Assembly: GCA_043803405.1 (NCBI GenBank)
Contig: JAZDKB010000027.1
Span: 48,536 to 112,535, forward strand
Direction: 5' to 3'
Length of the DNA stretch: 64,000 nucleotides
Source of the DNA: Spirochaetota bacterium
GTDB lineage: Bacteria; Spirochaetota; UBA4802; JAFGDQ01
The notes beneath the pieces were generated by a model. That model ran no database searches, had not been told where the DNA came from, and was given only the letters and a program-made list of their open reading frames with translations. Positions within the stretch are counted from its first letter, which is position 1. Every line of letters begins with the position of its first letter. Below, in pieces: positions 41,029 to 50,127 of the stretch. A program made the translations under genes and the position numbers.

Positions 41029-41847
41029 ATGACAAAGCTGATTATCTTTACATGCATTATCTTCGTAATGGCAGCAGTATATGGCGCAGGCGAAAAAGAA
41101 TCACACGGCAAGGCCGGTAAAGTGAAAATCTATCAGATGACATGGGAAAGCGATAATGTATCCGGAAGCCTGTACGTGAACGGCTTTCTCATTAACACGT
41201 TTAAAGGCACCCAGGACACAGGGACAGCCCCGCTTAATGTATGGCTTGCAGGCAATAACGAGTTCACAGCGGAGCTGAAAAAAGCAAAGGGAACTGAAGA
41301 AGCTCGTATATCAATAGGCCTGTCCGAAATGTATCGCGGGGAAGTAGGGAGCACATCAAGCTCGGGCAGCGTGTTCACGATTGAGAAAAAGAACGCCGAC
41401 TTCGTGGGATCAAAGACTGTGAAGATAAGCCGGAAGTTCAAATCTTCCATTGATTTCACCGGCCGCTTTAACGGGAAAGGCGCGGCAGGGGAAAAGGACA
41501 TAATTGAATACGCGAAGAAAGTACATAATATCATAAAGAAAAAAGACAAAGCAGGCATAGCAAGGGAATTCGCGCCCAAGATAGAGGACTACGCGAAATC
41601 ATTTTCGAATGAAGATGTATACGACGAGGTAAAGAATTCCCTTATCGAAAACCTGACCGGCGGCAGCGACAAACTTGCCGACATCAATCCGGGCAGCCTG
41701 AAGGCCATAAAGGCTGGCACTGGCAGCGGTACCTGGCATGTTGTGGAAGGCGGGAAGGAGCTTATCAGGTTCACTTCGCCGCAAGGATCGTCCGACCTGC
41801 CTGTTTACATAGGCACTGTCAATGGTTCGCTCAAGGTGATCAGATAG
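41029..41847 (+). CDS. Hypothetical exported protein
   Basis: AGGAG SD; signal peptide; Lys-rich; no recognised domain. Confidence 0.7.
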   Translation: MTKLIIFTCIIFVMAAVYGAGEKESHGKAGKVKIYQMTWESDNVSGSLYVNGFLINTFKGTQDTGTAPLNVWLAGNNEFTAELKKAKGTEEARISIGLSEMYRGEVGSTSSSGSVFTIEKKNADFVGSKTVKISRKFKSSIDFTGRFNGKGAAGEKDIIEYAKKVHNIIKKKDKAGIAREFAPKIEDYAKSFSNEDVYDEVKNSLIENLTGGSDKLADINPGSLKAIKAGTGSGTWHVVEGGKELIRFTSPQGSSDLPVYIGTVNGSLKVIR

Positions 41848-41862
41848 AAAATTTTCTTAAAA

Positions 41863-41897
41863 TTTTTTGTTACGATGCAAGATGTTATTACGCTTAT
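41863..41897 (+). promoter_or_regulatory. Candidate ECF promoter, type 1
   Basis: TTTTTTGTTACGATGCAAGATGTTATTACGCTTAT. Confidence 0.6.
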
Positions 41898-41927
41898 AAG
41901 TGAATTTTAAAGACATTTTTATTATAA

Positions 41928-41960
41928 TTTTTGTGACGAATTATCGAAATTCAGAACTCA
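41928..41960 (+). promoter_or_regulatory. Candidate ECF promoter, type 2
   Basis: TTTTTGTGACGAATTATCGAAATTCAGAACTCA; both boxes repeated with identical spacing at 45447. Confidence 0.6.
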
Positions 41961-42031
41961 CAATTGAGAAGGTATTTTGAACAAGATTGATAAGATGATA
42001 CAAAACTTAATAATCATTTGGTAGGAAAACC

Positions 42032-43171
42032 ATGAAAACAAAAATTAGTTTTTTGGCAATCTTAATACTTTCAGCCGCGCTTGCTTTTACAACCTGCGGC
42101 GGAGGTGGAGGAAGCAGCAAGAACGGTGGCAGTACACCGCCTCCGAGCGGCACAGTTTACCCGGTAAGTACGAGCGGAATTGACTTTAATATAATATACG
42201 TACGCGGCGGATTGACTTTTCCTGCCGGAGAAGATGATTCCGGCACAATGACCGTGGAAAATGATTTCTATGCTGCGGAAACCGAAGCAACAAATACTCT
42301 TGTTACTGCCGTTTTCCAGTGGGCGTACGACAATAATAAATTCGATACGGACGGTGACGGAGACTTGGACGGGGATGATAATGCTGTTGTCAATGATACA
42401 GTTGTATCTCTTTACGGGGCGCCGCTTCTTGATGTTGATGAAGCACATGCGGCGAAGATATTTTTTGACGGATCCGCCCCGGCAGGAAGCGAGTTCAGCA
42501 TATTGCTAACATATGAGGAAAACCCGTGCGTAAATATCGGATGGCACGGCGCAATAATGTTCTGCAACTGGCTTACCGAAATGGTAAACGGGAACGCTTC
42601 CCAAGCTGTCTATTCATGGACGGACAATGGAGACGGGGATGGGATTGCCGGTGACGAAATATGGCATAACGACGAAACCGACGCCGATTATTCTAAATTC
42701 GGATTCCGTTTGCCTGAAGAGAGCGAATGGGAATTCGCAGCCCGCTACCTTGGAAATACTGCTCCCTCCACAGGAGGCAGCCTTGATTCCGAAAAAATCA
42801 CTACAAGCGAGGACGGCCTTAACTGGTACTGGACACCCGGCGATTACGCAAGCGGGGCATCAGAAGACGTGACGGATTACGATGCGTTGGACGTAGTGGC
42901 TTGGTTCGGATTCAATGGTACCGGGAATACAACTTCCACGAAAAACGTGGGGTTAAAAATATCCAATATTCTCGGGATTTTCGATATGAGCGGGAATGTC
43001 TGGGAATGGTGTTACACTGAAGGCGGGATGTTAAATGAAAGCAGAATAATAAAAGGCGGCTCATGGAGAGAAGAATTTCCTGGTTTCAGTGGAATAGGAC
43101 GGACAATATGTCCAAGCCCATTTGAAAGCGGATATGACATTGGATTCAGGATATTCAGAAGCGCTAAATAA
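42032..43171 (+). CDS. FGE-sulfatase/SUMF1-domain (CLec-fold) lipoprotein
   Basis: FTTCGGGGG; GFRLPEESEWEFAAR, GIFDMSGNVWEWC, KGGSW and IGFR. Confidence 0.9.
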   Translation: MKTKISFLAILILSAALAFTTCGGGGGSSKNGGSTPPPSGTVYPVSTSGIDFNIIYVRGGLTFPAGEDDSGTMTVENDFYAAETEATNTLVTAVFQWAYDNNKFDTDGDGDLDGDDNAVVNDTVVSLYGAPLLDVDEAHAAKIFFDGSAPAGSEFSILLTYEENPCVNIGWHGAIMFCNWLTEMVNGNASQAVYSWTDNGDGDGIAGDEIWHNDETDADYSKFGFRLPEESEWEFAARYLGNTAPSTGGSLDSEKITTSEDGLNWYWTPGDYASGASEDVTDYDALDVVAWFGFNGTGNTTSTKNVGLKISNILGIFDMSGNVWEWCYTEGGMLNESRIIKGGSWREEFPGFSGIGRTICPSPFESGYDIGFRIFRSAK

Positions 43172-43278
43172 TGTTAAATTAATATAGGGACAAATTTATC
43201 AATTACAGAATATAGCATGGAAGGCGACTATTTCGGTAACTGTTACGAATAACTAAATTTAAAAATTTGGAGGATATT

Positions 43279-45381
43279 ATGAAAACATCATTTGAGCTTA
43301 CGGCATCTTTGTTAATTTCAGCAGCTCTGCTGTTTACAGCCTGCGCTGGGGGCAGCGGAGGCGACAGCGGCGGAGATGCAAATGTTCCGGTTACGGGAAT
43401 TATGCTTAACAAAACAGAGCTTTCATTGGTAGCAGGCTCATCTGAACAGCTCATTGCCACTGTCCTGCCAACTGAAGCAACGAACAAGAACGTTACATGG
43501 TCAATAGATAATTCAACAAACATATCTCTTCAACAGGATGGCACTGTAAGTAACTACACATCGGTTGTGGATACTGCCGTAGTAACTGTAACAACCGAGG
43601 ACGGAGCATTCACTGCGTCCTGCAATGTGACTGTTGAAACAAGGCCGGGCGTTTACAAATATGTAGCGGCAGGCAACGCAGGTCTGAAGATAATCGACGT
43701 CAGATGGCCTTCTGATCCGCACCTTGAGTCAACTTGTAATACTACCGGCCATGCCAACGGCGTATTCGTAAAAGGAAATTACGCTTATGTCGCAGAATTC
43801 GGCTATGGACTCGAGATCATTGACATCAGCGACCCGGATGCCCCGGTCCGGATCGGGGGCTGCGCTACTAACGATCGTTCTTATGCCCATGCAGTATGGG
43901 TTGAAGGAAATTACGCGTATGTGGCAGATGATTACATGGATCTTGCTATTATAGATGTTACTGATCCGGCGAATCCGGCGCTGTTAGGCAGTTTTTATAC
44001 TAATGGGATTGCTGTTGATGTAACCGTCAGCGGCGGTTATGTCTATGTAGTAAACAACAATGGCAGTCTCGCGATAAAAAGCCTCAGCAATCCGGCGAGT
44101 CCGGGTTATCCTGTCTGGTATAGTGTCAATGATGCTAATAGCGTATTCGTGAGTGGAAATTACGCCTATTTAGCTGCCACTTTTGAAGGGCTTATTATAC
44201 TGGATATTTCCAATCCTTTAAGTCCGGTACTTGCCGGCAGTTACAATACAGCCGGCAATGCTATGGATGTTTACGTAAGCGGAAACTACGCCTATGTTGC
44301 AGACAAAGCAAACGGCCTTGCGATAATTGATATAAGCGATCCGGCTGATCCCGGCCTCACAGGGACTTACGATACCGGCGGATCAGCATACGGAGTAACG
44401 GTTACTGAAGACTACGCATATGTGGCCGATTTTAACGGAGGACTTGTCGTTGTAGATGTGAGTTCACATCACAGTCCCTCACTTGAAGGTATCTATAACC
44501 TGACTTATAATCCAAAAGGAATAGATAAAACAACATTATCTTATGTATATGTGGCAGACGATACGTTCGGGCTTAAAGTCATAAGCACAGTAAATAACAA
44601 AAAACCGTCTGTCCTGGCATATCTGGATACGGATGGACATGCAACTGATGTTGAATATAACGGAATCGATGCTTTTGTGGCAGACGGAGTACAGGGACTC
44701 AAACGCATAGGAGTAGGTGATCCGTTATTCTTATTTCTCATCGATGATATATCCCTGAATCTGGGATATGCTCAATCTGTAAGCATAGATGGGAGTTATG
44801 CATATGTTAGCAACGGGGATCAGGGTTTGTTTAAAATTGATTTGTCTGACACTAACCACGTAAAAAATTATTCAACATTCTTCGCAAAAGACCAGGCTGT
44901 AGTCGGAGATCAGGTATTTGTAGCTACCAATGATAAGGGACTTGTGGTTGTTCATACGGCAGCCGAGGGATCATCGAATGAAACAACAGAGTTAACGGAA
45001 GTCGGTTATGGTGCCGGTATAGCCGTGTATGGCAATCTTGCTTATATGACCAGAGGTGCCGATACCGTTGTCATAAATATTAGCGACCCGGAAGCGCCAT
45101 TTGTAGCAGGCGACCCGTTTACTACAGGCGGAGGAAGAATAATTGCGGATTTAGATTATCTTTATATAGCCGGTCTTTCCGATGGATTGTCAATATTAAA
45201 CAGGTGGACCGGCGAATTGATCGGTTTCTGCGACAACACAGGCCCGATTTATGGTTTAGATATTGACGGCAACAAAGCCTATGTATGCGGAGGCGATACA
45301 GGGTTGCATATAATCGATATTAGCAATAAGAGTAATCCGACTATCGAATTTTCTGAAGGATATTTTATGGCTGTTCATTAA
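43279..45381 (+). CDS. Lipoprotein: 1 Big_2 domain plus 14 LVIVD repeats (paralog of 35201-37576)
   Basis: GGAGG before ATG 43279; FTACAGGSGG; YKYVAAG start of the repeat region. Confidence 0.88.
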   Translation: MKTSFELTASLLISAALLFTACAGGSGGDSGGDANVPVTGIMLNKTELSLVAGSSEQLIATVLPTEATNKNVTWSIDNSTNISLQQDGTVSNYTSVVDTAVVTVTTEDGAFTASCNVTVETRPGVYKYVAAGNAGLKIIDVRWPSDPHLESTCNTTGHANGVFVKGNYAYVAEFGYGLEIIDISDPDAPVRIGGCATNDRSYAHAVWVEGNYAYVADDYMDLAIIDVTDPANPALLGSFYTNGIAVDVTVSGGYVYVVNNNGSLAIKSLSNPASPGYPVWYSVNDANSVFVSGNYAYLAATFEGLIILDISNPLSPVLAGSYNTAGNAMDVYVSGNYAYVADKANGLAIIDISDPADPGLTGTYDTGGSAYGVTVTEDYAYVADFNGGLVVVDVSSHHSPSLEGIYNLTYNPKGIDKTTLSYVYVADDTFGLKVISTVNNKKPSVLAYLDTDGHATDVEYNGIDAFVADGVQGLKRIGVGDPLFLFLIDDISLNLGYAQSVSIDGSYAYVSNGDQGLFKIDLSDTNHVKNYSTFFAKDQAVVGDQVFVATNDKGLVVVHTAAEGSSNETTELTEVGYGAGIAVYGNLAYMTRGADTVVINISDPEAPFVAGDPFTTGGGRIIADLDYLYIAGLSDGLSILNRWTGELIGFCDNTGPIYGLDIDGNKAYVCGGDTGLHIIDISNKSNPTIEFSEGYFMAVH

Positions 45382-45446
45382 TAATATAACATGTTACGTC
45401 GGACGCGCAGGTTTAAATCGGCGCGTACAAATTAATTTTTATATTC

Positions 45447-45477
45447 TTTGTGACGATTCGGGTAAAATCAGAACTCA
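45447..45477 (+). promoter_or_regulatory. Candidate ECF promoter, type 2
   Basis: TTTGTGACGATTCGGGTAAAATCAGAACTCA. Confidence 0.6.
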
Positions 45478-45541
45478 ATATAGAAGGATATATTTAATAG
45501 AGTTATCAATATATCAAACAGTTTTAGAGCCCAGGAGGTAC

Positions 45542-46348
45542 ATGAAGAACATTATTAAATCATTAATAATAATGCTGATCACAGCGCTTGTTGTCACAGC
45601 CTGCGGAGGAAGCGACAGCAGCGATAGCGGCAGCGCGCCGCAGCTTGACAGCGCTCTTTTCGCCAGGTGGGAAGGGATCACTGAGCACAGCGGTCATGAT
45701 TGTCCGACATTCATGCGTTTTTACAACGACGGGCGTTTTGAGAACTACTGGCTTGACCCTGCGACAGATGAGATAAACGGCGGCATGGCAGGGACATATT
45801 CAACAAGCGGAGTATCAATAACAGCAAACATTACAGACGGCTGGAATCCCGAAGGTCTCATGAACTGGGATGATTTCCCGGATGAAGTAAATACCGGAAC
45901 ATATTCAGTATCAGGAAATGTTTTCACTTTAACAACTGAACATGCGGTTATGACCCTTTATAAAAGCATTGATCCTGCGCTTCGCAGCGACCTGGAAGGC
46001 CCATGGATACACACAGACGGAACAAAGATAATAACACTTACATTCGGTTATACTTCAGCTGCGTTCACCATGAGAGAAACAAACGGGGCTGTAACAACCG
46101 GCCTTGAACAGGGTAAGTGGGATATCTACATGTCAGTTGAGACAGGGGGTCCGTCCGGTGAGTACATTGAATTTATTACTGATAAATTTTTAGACGTTGA
46201 TGACGCGGACGAAGATGGAAATACGTCCGAGATGCTTAACAGCTTTATTTACAGGAGATTCACCTACACGCTCAATACAGGAGTTGTCCCGAATACTTTA
46301 ACGCTGGATAATCCTGATAGTGATCCGATTTTATTCATTAAGGAGTAA
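45542..46348 (+). CDS. Hypothetical lipoprotein, possibly two lipocalin-like beta domains
   Basis: AGGAGG; VTACGGSDS; LFARW and LEGPW domain starts, GTYS motifs. Confidence 0.7.
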   Translation: MKNIIKSLIIMLITALVVTACGGSDSSDSGSAPQLDSALFARWEGITEHSGHDCPTFMRFYNDGRFENYWLDPATDEINGGMAGTYSTSGVSITANITDGWNPEGLMNWDDFPDEVNTGTYSVSGNVFTLTTEHAVMTLYKSIDPALRSDLEGPWIHTDGTKIITLTFGYTSAAFTMRETNGAVTTGLEQGKWDIYMSVETGGPSGEYIEFITDKFLDVDDADEDGNTSEMLNSFIYRRFTYTLNTGVVPNTLTLDNPDSDPILFIKE

Positions 46349-46438
46349 TTGATAGTTTAATTATTTAAAAGATCAAAAGAAGGAAGTTTTATCTTAACAC
46401 AGCCTATGAGTATGTTAATAAATATATAACTTATTATT

Positions 46439-46467
46439 AGCCTGTGCGAAATCGCAGGCTTTTTTTT
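46439..46467 (+). terminator. Intrinsic terminator closing the lipoprotein array
   Basis: AGCCTGTG-cgaaat-CGCAGGCT followed by a T run. Confidence 0.8.
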
Positions 46468-46554
46468 ATTCTGAGTAATCCTCGGTGCTATCACATATCA
46501 TTTCGCCTTCGGTGTCGCCAGAGTATGCACGCATGTCATATCAAAAATCGGCTT

Positions 46555-47454
46555 CTACCTGAAATCCACAGGTAAAGGCATGAATGTTAATAAAAATATT
46601 ATAATGCAAATCCACGCTATTGCCTTTTCGCCGGTAGAAAGCCCGTCAGTATCGTAAACAGGAGGGTGCCCTATTTTCAGCAGCACGAGAGACAGGACGA
46701 CCCACACAACCCAGCCTATCCAGATAAAGCTGAGCACGATGAGCCCTGCGAACGCGGCCCATCCGAACAAAAGCTGTTTTCTGCCCAGAAGAGCATACAC
46801 AACGCGGCTGCCGTCCAGCTGGCCTATCGGCATAAGGTTAAGGCTCGTGATCAGAAATCCGATCCAGCCTGCCCACGCATACGGGGAAAGATAAATGTCA
46901 AAGCCTGCGGGAATGCGGCCGTGTATTGCCGTAGTGATAATCGAGGTAAGAATTGAATCGCCGAAAAAAATATTCATTCCGTCTGCGGACGGCGGAGGAA
47001 TCGGCTTTACATCGGATAAATATATTCCGGCAATGCTTGCGATAAGGCTCACAATGAAACCCGCAATCGGCCCCATTGCGCCTATATAAAGCAAATCCTT
47101 TCTTTTACAGATCGGAGACTTTATTTTAATTACAGCTCCCATAGTGCCTATCCCGCCGAACCCAAGCAGAAATGAAGGGAAAGGGATAAAATAGGGCAAA
47201 CTTGCCTTAACGCCGAAATGCCTTGCTGCAAAGTAATGCCCCATCTCATGCGAAAGCAGGATTGCAATCAGGGTCAGTGAGAACGGCAGACCGCTCAGAA
47301 ATACAGAACCGGCACTGCCCCCGGATTCTATGCCCGAGAGCGTAGTAGTGACTAAAGTAGCAGCAAAAAGTAAAATATTTATCCATACGCGTTTCCGCTC
47401 AGGCTCTTCGCCTGTATAATTCTTTCTCCCGATAATTATTGTATCAGGATTCAT
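46555..47454 (-). CDS. Site-2 protease, M50 family (start uncertain, up to 47535)
   Basis: HEMGH and NLMPIGQLDG motifs in a polytopic membrane protein. Confidence 0.9.
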   Translation of the reverse strand: MNPDTIIIGRKNYTGEEPERKRVWINILLFAATLVTTTLSGIESGGSAGSVFLSGLPFSLTLIAILLSHEMGHYFAARHFGVKASLPYFIPFPSFLLGFGGIGTMGAVIKIKSPICKRKDLLYIGAMGPIAGFIVSLIASIAGIYLSDVKPIPPPSADGMNIFFGDSILTSIITTAIHGRIPAGFDIYLSPYAWAGWIGFLITSLNLMPIGQLDGSRVVYALLGRKQLLFGWAAFAGLIVLSFIWIGWVVWVVLSLVLLKIGHPPVYDTDGLSTGEKAIAWICIIIFLLTFMPLPVDFR

Positions 47455-47612
47455 GTTGAGCAAATCGAAATATTCGCGCGCAGCTTTTTTAATTTTTTTA
47501 AGCAAATTTGCCTCGCAATAATTATAAATTCTCAAGCCGCTTCATATAGATATATCAATTAGCGGCGGGAAAATAGCTGAATATTATAATATTTACAATG
47601 ACCTGACTTACA

Positions 47613-48383
47613 TTAATTAGGCTTTTCTTTCTTTATCTTTTCCTGATATAAGGTAACTGCCTTTTTTCTCATTTCAATCGGCGAAGTATTTGAAGGATTC
47701 AAAGTGCCCAGCATCTCAATCGAAATCGCATTGGAAATACACGTATTAAGAAAAGGTTTCCCCGGCGGGAAAAGGCGGTCAGTGTTTTTTATATACAGTA
47801 CCTGAACAGGTATTTTGTATTTGCATGCAATTGAGAAAGCGCCCTTATGGAATTTTTTAATATTTCCGTCCCGGCTTCTGCTTCCCTCCGGGAAAATGAA
47901 AAGGTTTCCGCCGTCCTTAATGAAATCCGGAATATCCTTCATGCCGGCATTCATAGAATCATTGTATGTCAGGTCTGCATTAAAAGGAATATATCCCCCG
48001 GACTTCATTGCCCAGGATATAAAAGGCACTTTAAAAAAAATGCCTTTCACTATGGTTTTATGCTTTGGAAATATAGAAACCAGCAGGATCGGATCAAGAT
48101 ACGACCTGTGATTTAAAATAATTATTGAGGATTTTAGTTTTTTAATTTTAGTGCTGATTTCAATTGAAAGCCCTGGAACAAGGGTATTCATGCCGAGAAA
48201 AAATCCGCGATAATAATAATGATTCAATCTTTGAAATTTTGCTTCGCGGTTATCCAGCACAAATGATAATATAATTAGAACAGGAATATAAAAGAACAGG
48301 AATCCGAAGATAATATACAGCCAGAACAATAATGTAAAAAGAAAATCTACAGGGAGTTTTGCAAGTTTAAGAATGGAACGCAT
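47613..48383 (-). CDS. PlsC-family acyltransferase
   Basis: NHRSYLD and FPEGSRS. Confidence 0.9.
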   Translation of the reverse strand: MRSILKLAKLPVDFLFTLLFWLYIIFGFLFFYIPVLIILSFVLDNREAKFQRLNHYYYRGFFLGMNTLVPGLSIEISTKIKKLKSSIIILNHRSYLDPILLVSIFPKHKTIVKGIFFKVPFISWAMKSGGYIPFNADLTYNDSMNAGMKDIPDFIKDGGNLFIFPEGSRSRDGNIKKFHKGAFSIACKYKIPVQVLYIKNTDRLFPPGKPFLNTCISNAISIEMLGTLNPSNTSPIEMRKKAVTLYQEKIKKEKPN

Positions 48384-48389
48384 GAAAAG

Positions 48390-49631
48390 TTAATTCCATT
48401 TTTTAATAAACAGGCTGGTGTTGACACCGCCAAAGGCAAAATTCTGTATTGAAGCAATATTGATTTTTTCTTCGTGCAGTTTCGTTATGTGGTTTATCAT
48501 ATTGCACCTGGGATCAACTTCTTCAAGATTGAGAGTGGGGGCAATGACTCCTTCCTGCATCATATACAGTGTAAAAATTATTTCGATCGCCCCGCACGCG
48601 CTCATTGTGTGACCGACATAACTTTTGAGTCCTGCGACATGCGGCTGTCTGCCGCTGTATTCAGCCTGTATTGCCTGGGCTTCCATAATATCGCCAACCT
48701 TTGTTGAGGTGGCGTGTGCGCTTATAAAGTCAACATCATCCGGATTGATCTTTGCGCTTTCCAGGCCTGTTTTAATAGTTCTTCTGATCCCATCAACATT
48801 CGGCAGAATCATGTCCCCGCCGTTGTTCGTACACGAAAAGCCGATAACTTCTGCAAGTATCCGCGCACCGCGCTTCTTTGCGTGATCGTACTCTTCAAGA
48901 AGCAGGGCGCCTGCTCCCTCGCCGATTACCATACCGTCGCGCTTAACATCAAACGGACGCGGCGTAAGCTCCGGTGTCTCGTTGTATGCAGTGGAGCATG
49001 CAAGCAGGTTATCGAACACTGCTATTGTTGTACTGTTGTATTCATCCGCTGCCCCGCATATCATCGCGTCCTGCATGCCGTACTTGATGAACTCGTATCC
49101 GTAGCCTATGGACTGGCTCGCGGTCGTGCATGCCGTGCAGGACGAAATCACCCTTCCCTTGATCTCGAACATGCGGGTAATGTTTACCGCAGTAGTATGA
49201 GCCATTGATTTAAGGTAATCCGTAGCGTTTATCTTTGCGTAGCCGTTCTTGCTGGTATCGTAAAACGCTTCGTATATAGAGGCCTGAACAGTAGGGCTTC
49301 CGTGTATTGAACCGAAAGCAACGCCCAGCCTGCCGGAAGAAAGGAATTCTTTATCCAGCCCTGCCTGTTCAATTACTTCCTTAGCAACCTGGCACGCATA
49401 ATAACCTACAGGTCCGAGTGTTTTAGTAAATTTTCTGGAAAATTCATAAGGTATTTCGTAATCAATAAGGCCGTAAACTTTGGAATGAAGATATTTTCCG
49501 AGAAGATCGTCTCTTTTCGTGATTTTTTTTACACCGGATATACCCTTTGTAAGATTATTGAAAATATCTTTCTTGCCGTGGCCGATCGGGGTTATTGCGG
49601 CTTCCGCAGTAATTACAACTCGTCTTTCCAT
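48390..49631 (-). CDS. Beta-ketoacyl-ACP synthase (FabB/FabF family)
   Basis: TAC (Cys), SAHATST, KSYVGHT and NFAFGG. Confidence 0.93.
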   Translation of the reverse strand: MERRVVITAEAAITPIGHGKKDIFNNLTKGISGVKKITKRDDLLGKYLHSKVYGLIDYEIPYEFSRKFTKTLGPVGYYACQVAKEVIEQAGLDKEFLSSGRLGVAFGSIHGSPTVQASIYEAFYDTSKNGYAKINATDYLKSMAHTTAVNITRMFEIKGRVISSCTACTTASQSIGYGYEFIKYGMQDAMICGAADEYNSTTIAVFDNLLACSTAYNETPELTPRPFDVKRDGMVIGEGAGALLLEEYDHAKKRGARILAEVIGFSCTNNGGDMILPNVDGIRRTIKTGLESAKINPDDVDFISAHATSTKVGDIMEAQAIQAEYSGRQPHVAGLKSYVGHTMSACGAIEIIFTLYMMQEGVIAPTLNLEEVDPRCNMINHITKLHEEKINIASIQNFAFGGVNTSLFIKKWN

Positions 49632-49647
49632 AAAAAAATGTATTTAA

Positions 49648-49908
49648 TTATTTCCTTTTGTTTGTCATTGCTTCAATGTAATCGCAAATCTGGTTTATTG
49701 TCCTTATCTCAAGCGTCAGTTTCTTTTCTTCCTGGGTCAGCGGAGAGCCGATCATATTTTCCATATATTCAAGCAAAGCTATTGCGTCTATGCTGTCGAA
49801 TTCATATTTTTCTTTCAGATTGTCGTCTAAACCGGGATTTTCAATTTCAAATTCTTCTTTAAAAATTTTTAAAATTTCTCCGACAATAGCGTCTCTCGTC
49901 ATTAACAT
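49648..49908 (-). CDS. Acyl carrier protein
   Basis: Acidic 86 aa with FDSID; adjacent to the ketosynthase. Confidence 0.88.
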   Translation of the reverse strand: MLMTRDAIVGEILKIFKEEFEIENPGLDDNLKEKYEFDSIDAIALLEYMENMIGSPLTQEEKKLTLEIRTINQICDYIEAMTNKRK

Positions 49909-50127
49909 TTCCTCCCGGAATTTTTTAAAATAAAATTAATCAAATGCGGTTTTACAGCAGTCTTCAGACTGAAAAAATTATTTTTGAATAATAATAAGCA
50001 TTGTTTATTTCTGGAATCGCCATTATGAATAAATAATTGAAGATTCTGCGTCAAACATATTTAAGGAATCAATAAAAATAAGTCAAGCTAAACAATGCCG
50101 GGTATAACTTAGAAGTCGTAAAATAAT

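Noticed and set aside
42032..43171. FGE/CLec lipoprotein as a diversity-generating retroelement target
   Set aside because: No reverse transcriptase or template repeat was seen in the window. Codons in the would-be variable region often end in A/G (GAA GAA, GGA ATA GGA) rather than the NNY pattern expected from AAY templates. A remote DGR cannot be fully excluded.
32466..46554. Lipoprotein array as a prophage, integron or integrative island
   Set aside because: No integrase, tRNA, attC-like repeats, flanking direct repeats or phage genes were seen
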